This document shows, one piece after another, positions 18,064 to 28,421 of a stretch of 64,000 nucleotides of DNA (positions are counted from its first letter, which is position 1; every line of letters begins with the position of its first letter). The notes below the pieces were generated by a model. That model made no database searches, was not told the origin of the DNA, and was given only the letters and a program-made list of their open reading frames with translations. Origin of the DNA: Candidatus Poribacteria bacterium (GTDB lineage Bacteria > Poribacteria > WGA-4E > WGA-3G). The DNA is taken from contig OZ240248.1 in assembly GCA_965198235.1 (NCBI GenBank), positions 5,057,292-5,121,291 of the forward strand, in the 5' to 3' direction. The translations under genes and the position numbers were made by a program.

Positions 18064-19455
18064 ATGCGTCGGTATAGCATTCAAACCAAAATCGTGCTCC
18101 CATTTTTGCTCCTGTTTGCTTGTGTCACTGTCTTTGTGCCGTTGCTAACAGTTGAATTGTTTGCGTGGAAGTACAGTGAACAGTTTACACGTGAAACCCA
18201 AGGATGGCTCGACACCATCGTAGAAACTGGGTTTATTCGGGAAGATAGTGAGAAAGTCAAGAAAGCGTACAGCGTAGAAATTATGGTTTTCGGTTCCGAT
18301 TACACACTTAATCAGAGTACGTTGATCGGGCTCTCCGATGCTGAGCAGGATTGGGCGAATTTAGCGAAAAAAATGCGGCTGAGTGAGGTAAAAGATCACC
18401 TCCAAGAAGCGGATGGCACGCCTATTACACACGATGTGACGCTCGCTGGAAAGCCTTACAAGGTTTTTTATCTTTCGCTCCCGCCTGAACGGTTCTATTG
18501 CTTGTTACGTCCGATGGAAAAGATCGCTGAAGCCAAGCGAACTCTGACATGGTATATGTTAGGTATTGCTGCTCTCGTTATGGCACTGATTGCTTTTATT
18601 AGTCACCGTATCGGGAAGAATTTGACGAACCCGATTAAAGTTTTGGTCGATTCTACGACTCGTGTCGCGACGGGCGACCTGGAAGAGGAGTGTGAGATTA
18701 AAACGCATGATGAAATTGGCGATCTCGCTGCCGCGTTCAATCAGATGACAAGGGATCTCAAGGAGTCCAGAGATCAGTTAATTCAAGCGGAACGCTTGGC
18801 GACAGCGGGAAAAATGTCTGCCTCATTCGCACATGAGATTCGAAATCCGCTGTCATCTATGCGGATGTTAGCGCAGATGTTGATGCAGAAACCCGAAATG
18901 TCGGAAGAGAGGCATCAGCAATCCGTACGTTATATCCTTGAAGAGATTGAGCGGATTGATACCATCGTGAAAGGCTTAATGGACTTCGCACGTCCTTCGT
19001 CGCTTGACCGCAAGCAACAACCGATTGCACCTATCCTACAAGCCGTTTTGGCTTTGATGGAAGCCAACTTAGCACACCACAAAATCCAACTCGTCTTAGA
19101 TTTGTCATCTGAAACCCCAGAAATTCAATTTGATTCAGATAAATTGAAGCAGGCGTTTATGAATGTGGTCTTGAATGCACTGGAGGCGATGCCGCAAGGT
19201 GGGGTGTTGCGGGTGTCCACCTTCACGGAAAATGATAGCGTCGGTATCAAGGTTGAGGATACGGGAGCGGGGATACCAGAGGAGGATTTAGAACATCTCT
19301 TTGAGCCGTTTTTTACCCGAAAATCGAGAGGGACGGGACTCGGATTGGCGAATGTCAAACGGATTCTTGAGGAGCATAGGGGCAGCGTCGAGATTGATAG
19401 CACACCGGACAAAGGGACGGAAGTGTCGTTATGGTTGCCGTTGCGAGGTGTATGA
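18064..19455 (+). CDS. Membrane sensor histidine kinase (NtrB/AtoS-like; HAMP-HisKA-HATPase)
   Basis: FAHEIRNPL, NVVLNALEAM, DTGAGI, FEPFFT and GTGLGL. Start placed downstream of the promoter. Confidence 0.92.
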   Translation: MRRYSIQTKIVLPFLLLFACVTVFVPLLTVELFAWKYSEQFTRETQGWLDTIVETGFIREDSEKVKKAYSVEIMVFGSDYTLNQSTLIGLSDAEQDWANLAKKMRLSEVKDHLQEADGTPITHDVTLAGKPYKVFYLSLPPERFYCLLRPMEKIAEAKRTLTWYMLGIAALVMALIAFISHRIGKNLTNPIKVLVDSTTRVATGDLEEECEIKTHDEIGDLAAAFNQMTRDLKESRDQLIQAERLATAGKMSASFAHEIRNPLSSMRMLAQMLMQKPEMSEERHQQSVRYILEEIERIDTIVKGLMDFARPSSLDRKQQPIAPILQAVLALMEANLAHHKIQLVLDLSSETPEIQFDSDKLKQAFMNVVLNALEAMPQGGVLRVSTFTENDSVGIKVEDTGAGIPEEDLEHLFEPFFTRKSRGTGLGLANVKRILEEHRGSVEIDSTPDKGTEVSLWLPLRGV

Positions 19456-19640
19456 TGGTTGAGCGGGGGAGGCAACGTCGTGGAAAAGTTCGCTGGAGAT
19501 TGCTCTATTTCTCTCGGTTATAGAGGACATCCGATTTGTGTCGTCTTTTTAAGTACAATAACGTGTGAAATTCCGCTATGAAAAAAACGAGGGTTGTGGT
19601 ATAGTGTGCAGTGCTGTTAGGATAGTCTGTAGAACCTGCT

Positions 19641-21572
19641 TTGAAAGGCAAGAAATTGATTCAGCAACAAACACGGGATAGTCTCACGTGGCGCGCAGTG
19701 CTTATCGGTTTGGCGTGCGCTACGACCGAATGTCTTCTCGCGCCCTATAACGATTACGTCATCCGTAACATATTTCTCGCCGGCGGACATTTTCCTGTCG
19801 CTCCCTTCTTTGTTCTGACGATTTTTGTATTGGGAATCAATGTTCTCCTGAAGCAGGTCCATCCCTCCTCGGCGTTCTCACCCGGCGAACTTGTCACAAT
19901 TTGGTGTATCATGCTTGCACCGGCAGGCATCCCGTCTTCAGGGATGATGCGCTATGCCCTCAGCCCGATGGTGGCGTATCAGTACCTCGCTACACCAGAA
20001 AACGATTGGGAGTCACTGTTTCACCACTACATTCCGCATTGGCGCGTGGTTCGCGATCACTCCGCTGCGCAGTCTTTCTTTGAGGGCTTGTTCGCAGGTG
20101 AATCGGTGCCATGGGGTCCTTGGATAGTTCCCATCCTAACGTGGAGCACCTATGTCCTCGTCGTCTATTTCGTGATGATCTGCTTATCTGTGCTACTCCG
20201 TAAGCAGTGGGTGGAGTACGAACGCTGCGCCTTCCCACTCGTTAAGTTACCTGTAGAGATGGCAGCGCAAGGTGGGGGTAGTCTGGGTCCACTCTTTAAG
20301 AACAGCGCGCTCTGGTTCGGGTTTGCGTTCCCGGTATTCCTGCATACGATGAACGGGCTCCATACGTTCTTTCCGTCCATGCCTCATGTTCCACGCGATT
20401 TTTGGCTCAACCAATACCTCGTCGAACGTCCTTGGAACGCGCTCCGCCCGTTCCAAATCGTTATCTTCTGGTCTATGGTGGGGTTCAGTTATCTACTCAC
20501 TTTGGAGGTTTCGTTTAGCATCTGGTTCTTTTTCGTGTTTTACAAACTGCAGTGTCTGTTCGGTGTGATACTCGGTTTCCAACTCACTTCGGGACCGGGG
20601 GTGCAGTGGACAGGCAAGTCGTTTAGTGCAGCACAGGAGGCAGGCGCATGCCTGGCGTTTGTCGCCATCGCGCTCTGGAAAGCGAGGCATCACATTAAAA
20701 GCATGCTCCAACTCCGGCCTTCCGACGAAGCCTTGCCACCTGGCGTCACGATCTTTGGACTCCTTGGGGGTATCTGTGTACTTACGTTTTTCAATCATTT
20801 GATGGGGATGTCCCTCCTATTTGCGTTCGGTTTCGTGCTGTTTCTGCTTGCAATGTATGTCCTACTGACATGGCAGGTGATTAACGGCGGCATTCCGTTC
20901 ATCAATCCATCGTTTTCACCGCAGAGTTTCTTCCTAACGACGCTGGGCACCTCAAAAATCCACCCTTCCACATTGACTTCGATAATGATGCATCCGGTGT
21001 GTCTTACGTTAGATCTTCGCGAATTTATGATGCCGAATATCATGAACGGGCTGAAAGCCGCAGATGATGCCCGCGTCAAACGACGGCAGCTGCTCGTCGC
21101 GATGGCAGTTGCAATGGTCGTCGGGCTTGCTGTTTCCTATTACTCTGCGATTAAGATTAGTTATGCACACGGGGCACCTTACACCGGTGGTAGTTGGTTT
21201 ATGCGCCAACTTGAGGGACTGCTCATAAGCCCAAAGACAAGCACAAATTGGACAAACACGGGCTTTATGATATTCGGGAGCGGGTTCACAGTTTGGTTGG
21301 TGTGGATGCGTCAGACCTTTATATGGTGGCCCCTGCATCCGCTCGGTTATACGATGCTGAGTTCATGGGCAACGTTTAAACTCTGGTTCTCTATATTTTT
21401 GGGCTGGGGACTGAAGTTTAGTATTGTGAAATATGGTGGATTGAAGGCGTATCGGAGCGCGAGACCCGTCTTCCTCGGACTCGTTCTTGGGGAAATGACG
21501 TGTGCCGGACTCTGGGCAATTATTGGGATGATTACAGGAATTAGTACGGGGTATCGTATTTTACCGGATTAG
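19641..21572 (+). CDS. Polytopic membrane protein, DUF6785/DUF6784-like (putative OPT-like transporter)
   Basis: Many TM segments, with LRKQWVEYERCAFPL, WWPLHPLGY and PVFLGLVLGE as I recall them for this family. Confidence 0.65.
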   Translation: MKGKKLIQQQTRDSLTWRAVLIGLACATTECLLAPYNDYVIRNIFLAGGHFPVAPFFVLTIFVLGINVLLKQVHPSSAFSPGELVTIWCIMLAPAGIPSSGMMRYALSPMVAYQYLATPENDWESLFHHYIPHWRVVRDHSAAQSFFEGLFAGESVPWGPWIVPILTWSTYVLVVYFVMICLSVLLRKQWVEYERCAFPLVKLPVEMAAQGGGSLGPLFKNSALWFGFAFPVFLHTMNGLHTFFPSMPHVPRDFWLNQYLVERPWNALRPFQIVIFWSMVGFSYLLTLEVSFSIWFFFVFYKLQCLFGVILGFQLTSGPGVQWTGKSFSAAQEAGACLAFVAIALWKARHHIKSMLQLRPSDEALPPGVTIFGLLGGICVLTFFNHLMGMSLLFAFGFVLFLLAMYVLLTWQVINGGIPFINPSFSPQSFFLTTLGTSKIHPSTLTSIMMHPVCLTLDLREFMMPNIMNGLKAADDARVKRRQLLVAMAVAMVVGLAVSYYSAIKISYAHGAPYTGGSWFMRQLEGLLISPKTSTNWTNTGFMIFGSGFTVWLVWMRQTFIWWPLHPLGYTMLSSWATFKLWFSIFLGWGLKFSIVKYGGLKAYRSARPVFLGLVLGEMTCAGLWAIIGMITGISTGYRILPD

Positions 21573-21652
21573 GTAGTGGCAGTCAGCAGTTGGGATTCGG
21601 AGATCCCTCCTACAGGAGAATTGTAATGATTCTCGCCAGAAAACGTTTTATC

Positions 21653-21682
21653 TTGACATTATAGGTGGATACCGCGTATCAT
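21653..21682 (+). promoter_or_regulatory. sigma70-like promoter
   Basis: TTGACA-18 nt-TATCAT upstream of the NHL gene. Confidence 0.5.
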
Positions 21683-21734
21683 TAAAAAACAACCCTTCAA
21701 TCGGAAGATTAAAGTTAAAATACTCCACAAAATT

Positions 21735-23762
21735 ATGAAAAGATATATCGTTATCCTACCTCTTCTTTCCATCCTCTGTTCGCTATGCATCGGATTAAAC
21801 TCGGCTTTCCCAGTAGATTTTATCAAATTAGAGCGTGAATTTGCAGGTAAAGGCTCAACTCAGGGGAGATTTGGCAAGGATATTCACCTCGCCTTTGATA
21901 ACCAAAACATCTACGTCAGCGACACCGAAAATCGGCTTATTCAGAAATTATCAGCGACAGGAGAATTTCTGTCTCAAATCCCGGAAGCACCGGAATCTCC
22001 AGAAAATATCCTGCGGAAACCTGGACATCTTGCTGTAGATAGTTTCGGGAATATCTATGTTGCCGATGTAACAATTCAGCACATTGCAGAGACAGGAACC
22101 GAAGTGGGCACTCCGAAAGTTTATATGTTCGCACCGTGTGTCTACAAATTCAGTGGGACAGGAGAATTGTTAGACACCTACTTTGTCGATCCTGTGGATG
22201 TCCTTCCGAAAGTAGTTTTACCAGTGAATCTCATCATTGACGAGCAAGGGAAAACCGCTTTTGCGATTCAGCCGAAGGGATATAACAGAGCCCTCGGCGT
22301 CGCGCTCAACCCTCAAAATGAACTCTACGTTTTAGACGCCGAACTTGGACGCGTCCATAAGTTCAGTGCCGATGGAGAAAAGTTGCTCGCTTTCGGGAGG
22401 TATGGAGCAGGCGAGGGAGAGTTCGATATGGATGCCTCGGACATCGCAATTGATACACGAGGAAATGTGCTTATTGCGGATACCGGTAACCATCGCATTG
22501 TGAGGTTTGACGCGGCGGGGAAATCCCTCGGTAGTTTTGGGAGAAAGGGACGAGGCAATGGTGAATTTATGAAACCGATGGCACTTGTCGCCCTTCCCAC
22601 CGGTGAGGTACTTGTTAAAGATGCCAGTCGGTTCCGTAGAAAAGTTGGCGGGTTGCCGGAGGTTATTGCGCTTTCACCGACATTGACGCATCTTACGGAG
22701 ATCACGCCAGGTCAAGCGGAACTTGCTGACGCTATTACGAATGCGACGCGTCCACGATACGGTCCGTTTGCCCAGAGTCCCGCTACGGCTGCCGATAATG
22801 CCGCCTTGAATCGACGCGTCCGGTTGCTGGAGGAAGCAGAATACAGCCGATACTATGCTGATGAAACCGATGAGGAGGATAAGGAAGAACTCGCTGAAGA
22901 GCTTAAACGCAAAGACATCCGCCTGACGCTTTTTCATAACATCATCTCACGTGTCCAGAAGTTTGATCTCAGTGGACGGTATTTGGGACGTATCGTTTAT
23001 GAGACCGATCAGCTTAGCGAGGAAAAGCACGATCAGACCTTCTTGGATCTGGATGCTGCGGGTTATCTCTATCTACGGGATGATAGCGATTTTACGATCG
23101 CACAATATTCTGTCAGCGGATTTACCGTGAAGCCTTCGCACATGAACGGTTTTTACAGCGTCCGCGCCGCAAATCTTCGCAACAACTACTTGGAAGATTA
23201 CGAAGATATTGACTTTTCAACCGATGTTCAAGATGAACTCAACCAACTCGAACTCAAAAATATGTTTGGGTGGACCTATAGTCTTTCTGAACGGTGGCAC
23301 TTGACATTCCTGGATGAGTTGACGTATGGCGAGCAGGATGAACGCTATGTTACGCCTGCGAAGGTAGAGGATAGCTACGATTTCGAGACCCAAGCGTTAG
23401 AGAATGCGTTCGCCGCGAATCTGAAATTTATCACGAATCCGAATCCGTATCGATATAAGGAATTGAACTTATCCATCGGTCGTGTTGATGGCACGTCTGA
23501 TTTGACACAGGACGCGCTCTTCCCAGACCTCAACAAACAGCATAGAGTGGACACCGGCGATGCGAATTCTACGGTCGTTGAACTCAATTGGGATATCTGG
23601 TCACGAACGAATCTATGGCTTCGTTATGCGGACCTGAATCCGGCGGAAACGAGCCGCAATTTTATCCGTAGGTTTTACGATGTCTCCGGTGACCTCTATG
23701 AAGTGTTTGGGAGCCGTAATGAGGCGCGTCAGTTCCTTGGAGAGTTAACTATAAAGTTTTAA
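21735..23762 (+). CDS. Secreted NHL-repeat beta-propeller protein with a putative C-terminal beta-barrel
   Basis: Signal peptide; repeats IYVSDTENRLIQK, LAVDSFGNIYVAD and IADTGNHRIVRF; ends GELTIKF. Confidence 0.75.
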   Translation: MKRYIVILPLLSILCSLCIGLNSAFPVDFIKLEREFAGKGSTQGRFGKDIHLAFDNQNIYVSDTENRLIQKLSATGEFLSQIPEAPESPENILRKPGHLAVDSFGNIYVADVTIQHIAETGTEVGTPKVYMFAPCVYKFSGTGELLDTYFVDPVDVLPKVVLPVNLIIDEQGKTAFAIQPKGYNRALGVALNPQNELYVLDAELGRVHKFSADGEKLLAFGRYGAGEGEFDMDASDIAIDTRGNVLIADTGNHRIVRFDAAGKSLGSFGRKGRGNGEFMKPMALVALPTGEVLVKDASRFRRKVGGLPEVIALSPTLTHLTEITPGQAELADAITNATRPRYGPFAQSPATAADNAALNRRVRLLEEAEYSRYYADETDEEDKEELAEELKRKDIRLTLFHNIISRVQKFDLSGRYLGRIVYETDQLSEEKHDQTFLDLDAAGYLYLRDDSDFTIAQYSVSGFTVKPSHMNGFYSVRAANLRNNYLEDYEDIDFSTDVQDELNQLELKNMFGWTYSLSERWHLTFLDELTYGEQDERYVTPAKVEDSYDFETQALENAFAANLKFITNPNPYRYKELNLSIGRVDGTSDLTQDALFPDLNKQHRVDTGDANSTVVELNWDIWSRTNLWLRYADLNPAETSRNFIRRFYDVSGDLYEVFGSRNEARQFLGELTIKF

Positions 23763-23771
23763 AGTTTTTCA

Positions 23772-23830
23772 TCAATGCGCCAGGCGTTCGTTCAGGTTCA
23801 TTGAGTATGAACACAATTCTCCGTATATCC
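23772..23830 (+). repeat. Dispersed repeat family B (second copy ~29972-30030)
   Basis: AGGCGTTCGTT...CATTGRGYATGAACA...TCTCCGTATATCC is shared between the two intergenic sites. Confidence 0.7.
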
Positions 23831-23882
23831 GCTTTTGACGATGTCAAAAGCTATATGCTTTGGCTTGCGGTTTTTCATCAAT

Positions 23883-24860
23883 ATGGAATTTCGATCACTT
23901 TATCCTGAAGAATTAGAAGTGTGGCTGGACCATGTCACATCTGTCTTTACAGGCGGTCGCCAATATTTTTCTAATCATTGGCATAACGATCCGTGGCGGG
24001 ATGCGGAAGGTATCCGGGTAGCCGTTGATAAAGGGACTATTGTCAGCACGGTGCGCGTCTTTATCCGAAAGATGTTTTTGCACGGGGAACCGATAACTGT
24101 CGGTGGCATCGGCGAGGTCAGCACACATCCGGAGTACCGCCGACGTGGAATTGCTACACAACTTCTCAAAGATTCGATCCGGTTCATGGAATCCCAAGAT
24201 ATCGTCGTTTCTTCTTTACACGGAAGCCAACGCATCTATTCGATTGAAGGGTGGGAGAAGGTGCCGCGTTACTATGCAAGACAATTCTTCATCGCCAAAA
24301 AACAGGTGACGTGGGAAGTACGTCCAGCGAATTTTGATGATGCAGCCGAAGTCGAGCGAATCGCCGCTATCTACGACGGGTACGCACGTAAATTCAACGG
24401 GACCTTCGTCAGGGACGACATGGCGTATTGGACTGCGTGGGTCCAGACTGAGTCTCCGAACGCTTGGGTTGCCGATCGGGACAGCAACATTGAAGGCTAT
24501 ATCTCCGTCACTTGGCACGGAGATGAGCTCAGCATTAAGGAGTTCATCGCTTCAGAGGAAGCCTTTGAACAGGAAAATGGCAAACAACTTTTTGAGGGTA
24601 TGCTCTCTAATGTTGTAGCCCAGATGGGTGCGGAATCGGTTGAAGTTATCTACCCGGCACCTATTGCAGATGGGTTCAATGCTCCAGCAATTGAGGAACA
24701 TGGAAGTACGATGTATCGCGTCATTCAACCCACCGTGCTTTCAGAGAAGATGGCATCAGCCACGTTCAATTCGATTCCGAATCTGTTACACAATCAACCG
24801 AAACCCTTGGCACAAGGCATCCGGTCGCATCATATCTTTTGGTATACTGATGGATTTTAG
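23883..24860 (+). CDS. GNAT acetyltransferase (Eis-like)
   Basis: GGIGEVSTHPEYRRRGIATQL acetyl-CoA motif. Confidence 0.85.
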   Translation: MEFRSLYPEELEVWLDHVTSVFTGGRQYFSNHWHNDPWRDAEGIRVAVDKGTIVSTVRVFIRKMFLHGEPITVGGIGEVSTHPEYRRRGIATQLLKDSIRFMESQDIVVSSLHGSQRIYSIEGWEKVPRYYARQFFIAKKQVTWEVRPANFDDAAEVERIAAIYDGYARKFNGTFVRDDMAYWTAWVQTESPNAWVADRDSNIEGYISVTWHGDELSIKEFIASEEAFEQENGKQLFEGMLSNVVAQMGAESVEVIYPAPIADGFNAPAIEEHGSTMYRVIQPTVLSEKMASATFNSIPNLLHNQPKPLAQGIRSHHIFWYTDGF

Positions 24861-24971
24861 GGACAGTCCTTACGCTAAAGTCGACGAAGTCTTAAACGTC
24901 CGGATCGATAAACAGCTAATCTTGCCTATATAGTTTACCAAATTTTTGGCGCAGCTTGCAAATCAAAAAAC

Positions 24972-25000
24972 TTGACTTCTAATCCGATGCAGCATATAAT
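24972..25000 (+). promoter_or_regulatory. sigma70 promoter
   Basis: TTGACT-17 nt-TATAAT, followed by a strong AAGGAGG RBS. Confidence 0.7.
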
Positions 25001-25048
25001 CCTTGCTGTGATGAAACAAAAACTTGAAGTTGAGGAATAAAGGAGGGT

Positions 25049-26053
25049 ATGAAAATGGCGAAACTACGCGTTGGGGTTATTGGCTGTAGCGGTATCGGCA
25101 CAACACATGTATCAGGATTAGTGGGTATGCCGAACGTTGAATTAGCCGCTGGCTGCGATTTTGTTCAAAGCACATTGGATGCTTTCAAGGAAAAATATCA
25201 GAACAACTGGGGTAACATCGCCCTATATACCAACCATCAGGAGATGCTCGCCGCTGAAAATTTAGACATGGTGACAGTTGCGACATCTGACCATCGACAT
25301 GCCGACTTGGTCGTTGATGCGGCGAATGCGGGTGTAAAGGGTATCTTCTGTGAAAAACCGATGGCAACCAGTGTCGAAGATGCCGATAGAATGCTGGAAG
25401 CAACGGAGCGGAACGGTACTATTCTATCGATTGACCACACCCGTCGGTGGCAGCCTTTGTGGCGGCATACCAAGGATGTTGTCGTCGGTGGCGGACGCAT
25501 TGGGGATGTCCAGTATGTCATCGGCACGTTGAGTGGTGGACGCGCGATGCTTTTCCGCAATGGAACACATCTTGTTGATGCCATCTGCTACTTCGCTGAC
25601 TCAGATCCAGAGTGGGTCTCTGCCGAATTAGAGGATGGCTATGAGGACTATAACGAATATAAAGGTGATGGCGGGCATGTCCCCGCAACGGAACCATCGG
25701 CACACGGATATATCCACTTCGCGAACGGGGTGCGCGGCTACTATGCTGGTGGTCCGAAGACAACCCTCGCCGGATTCCGCGTCGAGATTGTTGGCACCAA
25801 CGGTTATATTCTCATCAGTGACAAGGGAGCAACACTCCATCAGGACGATGTTGTTGAGACGATCAAGGCACCAACGTGGGACATCTCCGGTATTCCTGCA
25901 GGGCCCCGAGAGTTGGTGGGTCTGATCACAGAGGGTGGCGAACCCGTCTCGCCTGGAACTGAGGGATATAAGGTCGTCCAAATCATCATCGGCTTCTTAA
26001 CCTCGCAACAGCGTGATAATGGAAAGGTCAAACTTCCGTTGTCTGGAGGTTAG
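25049..26053 (+). CDS. Gfo/Idh/MocA-family oxidoreductase
   Basis: VGVIGCSGIG Rossmann motif, CEKPMA and GTHLVD. Confidence 0.92.
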   Translation: MKMAKLRVGVIGCSGIGTTHVSGLVGMPNVELAAGCDFVQSTLDAFKEKYQNNWGNIALYTNHQEMLAAENLDMVTVATSDHRHADLVVDAANAGVKGIFCEKPMATSVEDADRMLEATERNGTILSIDHTRRWQPLWRHTKDVVVGGGRIGDVQYVIGTLSGGRAMLFRNGTHLVDAICYFADSDPEWVSAELEDGYEDYNEYKGDGGHVPATEPSAHGYIHFANGVRGYYAGGPKTTLAGFRVEIVGTNGYILISDKGATLHQDDVVETIKAPTWDISGIPAGPRELVGLITEGGEPVSPGTEGYKVVQIIIGFLTSQQRDNGKVKLPLSGG

Positions 26054-27141
26054 TCTTCGTCGCTTTTCAAAACGATCGCGTTTTCGGGGGTCCACTGCAG
26101 ATAGACCGTATCGCCGCGTTGGAAGCGATGTCCGTTTGTTCCACCAGTATTCTGTTGATGAACAATGAATGGAGTCGCGTAATCGGTTTGCACGGTGTAT
26201 TGGAGTGTCGTGCCGAGGTAACTTTCGTCCTGAACCACACCGCGCAGGCAGTTCACATCATCAGAGGTAGGTGTCATCCGCAGATCAATGCGTTCCGGGC
26301 GGACCGCAACGGTGACAGGCGTGCTCAGGGGTATAGTGTCGTTCGGTGTGCTGACAATCTTGAGCGGTAGCTCTGTTGTGAGTGCGATTTCATTCTCGCT
26401 AATAAGTGTCCCTTCAAGGAAGTTGGAGGTACCGATAAAGTCTGCGACAAAACGGCTCTGTGGCAAATCGTAGATTTCAGACGGCATTCCGACCTGGAGG
26501 ATTTTACCATCGTTCATCACCGCAATCCGATCAGACAGTACCAGTGCTTCCCCTTGGTCATGTGTGACATAGACGAACGTGATACCGACTTTGCGCTGCA
26601 GTGCCTTTAGTTCCGATTGCATCTGTTTTCGGAGTTTCAAGTCAAGTGCTGAGAGCGGTTCATCTAACAGCAGAATGGTAGGTTCGTTAATTAATGCACG
26701 CGCGAGTGCTACACGTTGCCTCTCGCCACCAGAGAGTTCACTCGGTTTCCGGTCGCTGTAACCCGGCAGCTGAATTAAATCTAATGAGCGTTCAACCGCG
26801 TCAGAGATTTCTGCTTTGGCTGCCTTTTTCATCTGTAGCCCAAATGCTATATTCTGTGCAACGGTTTTATGTGGGAACAACGCGTAATTTTGGAAGACGG
26901 TGTTAACTGGGCGACGATAGGGCGGCGTTTCTGCCATCAGTTTGCCGTTGATGAATACCTCCCCAGTGGTGGGATACACAAATCCCCCGATGATGCGGAG
27001 CGTTGTCGTTTTTCCACACCCGCTCGGTCCGAGCAAGGAAAAAAACTCGCCGCCTTCTATCTGTAAAGACACATCGTCAACTGCGACCGTGTCACCGAAT
27101 TGCTTTGTTACAGATGTGAGGGTGATTTGTCCTACAGACAT
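26050..27141 (-). CDS. potA: PotA-like polyamine ABC transporter ATP-binding subunit
   Basis: GPSGCGKTT, VNTVFQNYALFPH, LSGGERQR, LLDEPLSALDLKLR and a TOBE tail. No permease genes adjacent. Confidence 0.85.
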   Translation of the reverse strand: MSVGQITLTSVTKQFGDTVAVDDVSLQIEGGEFFSLLGPSGCGKTTTLRIIGGFVYPTTGEVFINGKLMAETPPYRRPVNTVFQNYALFPHKTVAQNIAFGLQMKKAAKAEISDAVERSLDLIQLPGYSDRKPSELSGGERQRVALARALINEPTILLLDEPLSALDLKLRKQMQSELKALQRKVGITFVYVTHDQGEALVLSDRIAVMNDGKILQVGMPSEIYDLPQSRFVADFIGTSNFLEGTLISENEIALTTELPLKIVSTPNDTIPLSTPVTVAVRPERIDLRMTPTSDDVNCLRGVVQDESYLGTTLQYTVQTDYATPFIVHQQNTGGTNGHRFQRGDTVYLQWTPENAIVLKSDED

Positions 27142-28421
27142 GTATGAGTTGTCCTCTGGCAAACGACAATGTTTTCTTCGTGCATCGTTATAGAGGTCTC
27201 ACCTGCAACGTTGGTGGGGCTATTTTTCTTTGGCATTCGTTTGTTTGGTATATTCCTGACGATTGTCGCCTTATGTATAAATCCATGCTGGCGGAAGGCA
27301 GAGACGATAAATGCGTCCGTCGGCAACATGACCTCTTTGACTCGGCGATTCCCGACGACATAGCAAATCGTAGCATTCGGTGAAAGCACTTGCACTACTG
27401 AATTGATGCTACGTCCAAGGTCTATGTAAAATGCCGATACCTCCCGCGCACGCTTCTCATCAACAGATCTAATTTCTGCAATAGCCTCTGTTACCGGAGA
27501 ATCCGTCACCGTTTCTTTTGGAGGCTGTCCTCCCATTGCAAGTCCGTCAATTTTGCGAGCATTCGGTAAACCTATCCACTCTGCTGCAAGCCGCGAGAAT
27601 TGTCCGTATGCCACCGTAGTCTGTGAGTCTCCGTAGGGAGGTGATGTAATCACTAAGTCATAACCACCGATCGGTCGAGGCATCGGGAGTTCACCATGAA
27701 CCGTATTCGCACTGGACACCGATGCTTCAACGCTTTTCTGTTTGTCAAGGAACGCTGCCAAGCCGTGCCGATTTCTGCTGAGTTTCTTACTGAAAGTGCC
27801 GAAGACATCTGGATTGAAATTCTCAAGTTTCTTCGCTGACATGCGATATAATTTAAACTCTCCATTCCGTGTATAGGAGACCTCACGAACCGTTTCCGAA
27901 AAGGCAACCAGAATAAAGTTTCGCACTGCTTCATCTTCCACTTTATTAATCCAAACCCGTAGATAAGCGAGAGATCTAATGACCTCTTCAGAGAACCAGT
28001 ACATCAGGTTGAGAATTTCAGGAATCGGCGCGTCAGGCACCTTATCCATTCCAAAATCAACCTGAAAGAGGTGATCGTTTAACCTGCTTAGCGTTTCGTC
28101 TAAGGTAGATAGACAAATAGGAGTCGATTTGGCAGTCGCTATAAGGCGCACGAGGGGGTTAATGTCACACCCAACGCTGTGCATGCCGAAGAGAGATGCC
28201 TCAACCAGAGATGTGCCGGTGCCACAATAAGGATCAAGGAGCCATCCGCCTTCTACGCCGTATCGCTTAAGGAGTTTCCGTGCGATTTGCGGGATCATCA
28301 TAGCGGGATAGGTGTGAAAGCAGTGGGTGTATTCTTTTGTATCAGCCGTTTGAAGATCCCATGTTTTGTCCCTATATTTCAGGTTTCCTGTGTGCATTTC
28401 TACAAGGATCCCGTTAATCAA
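27132..28421 (-). CDS. Orphan amino-methyltransferase, M.MvaI-like (probably N4-cytosine)
   Basis: HTYPAMMIPQ, DPYCGTGT (motif I) before TSPPYGDSQTTVAYGQFSRL (motif IV), i.e. alpha order. No restriction gene adjacent. Confidence 0.85.
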   Translation of the reverse strand: MINGILVEMHTGNLKYRDKTWDLQTADTKEYTHCFHTYPAMMIPQIARKLLKRYGVEGGWLLDPYCGTGTSLVEASLFGMHSVGCDINPLVRLIATAKSTPICLSTLDETLSRLNDHLFQVDFGMDKVPDAPIPEILNLMYWFSEEVIRSLAYLRVWINKVEDEAVRNFILVAFSETVREVSYTRNGEFKLYRMSAKKLENFNPDVFGTFSKKLSRNRHGLAAFLDKQKSVEASVSSANTVHGELPMPRPIGGYDLVITSPPYGDSQTTVAYGQFSRLAAEWIGLPNARKIDGLAMGGQPPKETVTDSPVTEAIAEIRSVDEKRAREVSAFYIDLGRSINSVVQVLSPNATICYVVGNRRVKEVMLPTDAFIVSAFRQHGFIHKATIVRNIPNKRMPKKNSPTNVAGETSITMHEENIVVCQRTTHTCL

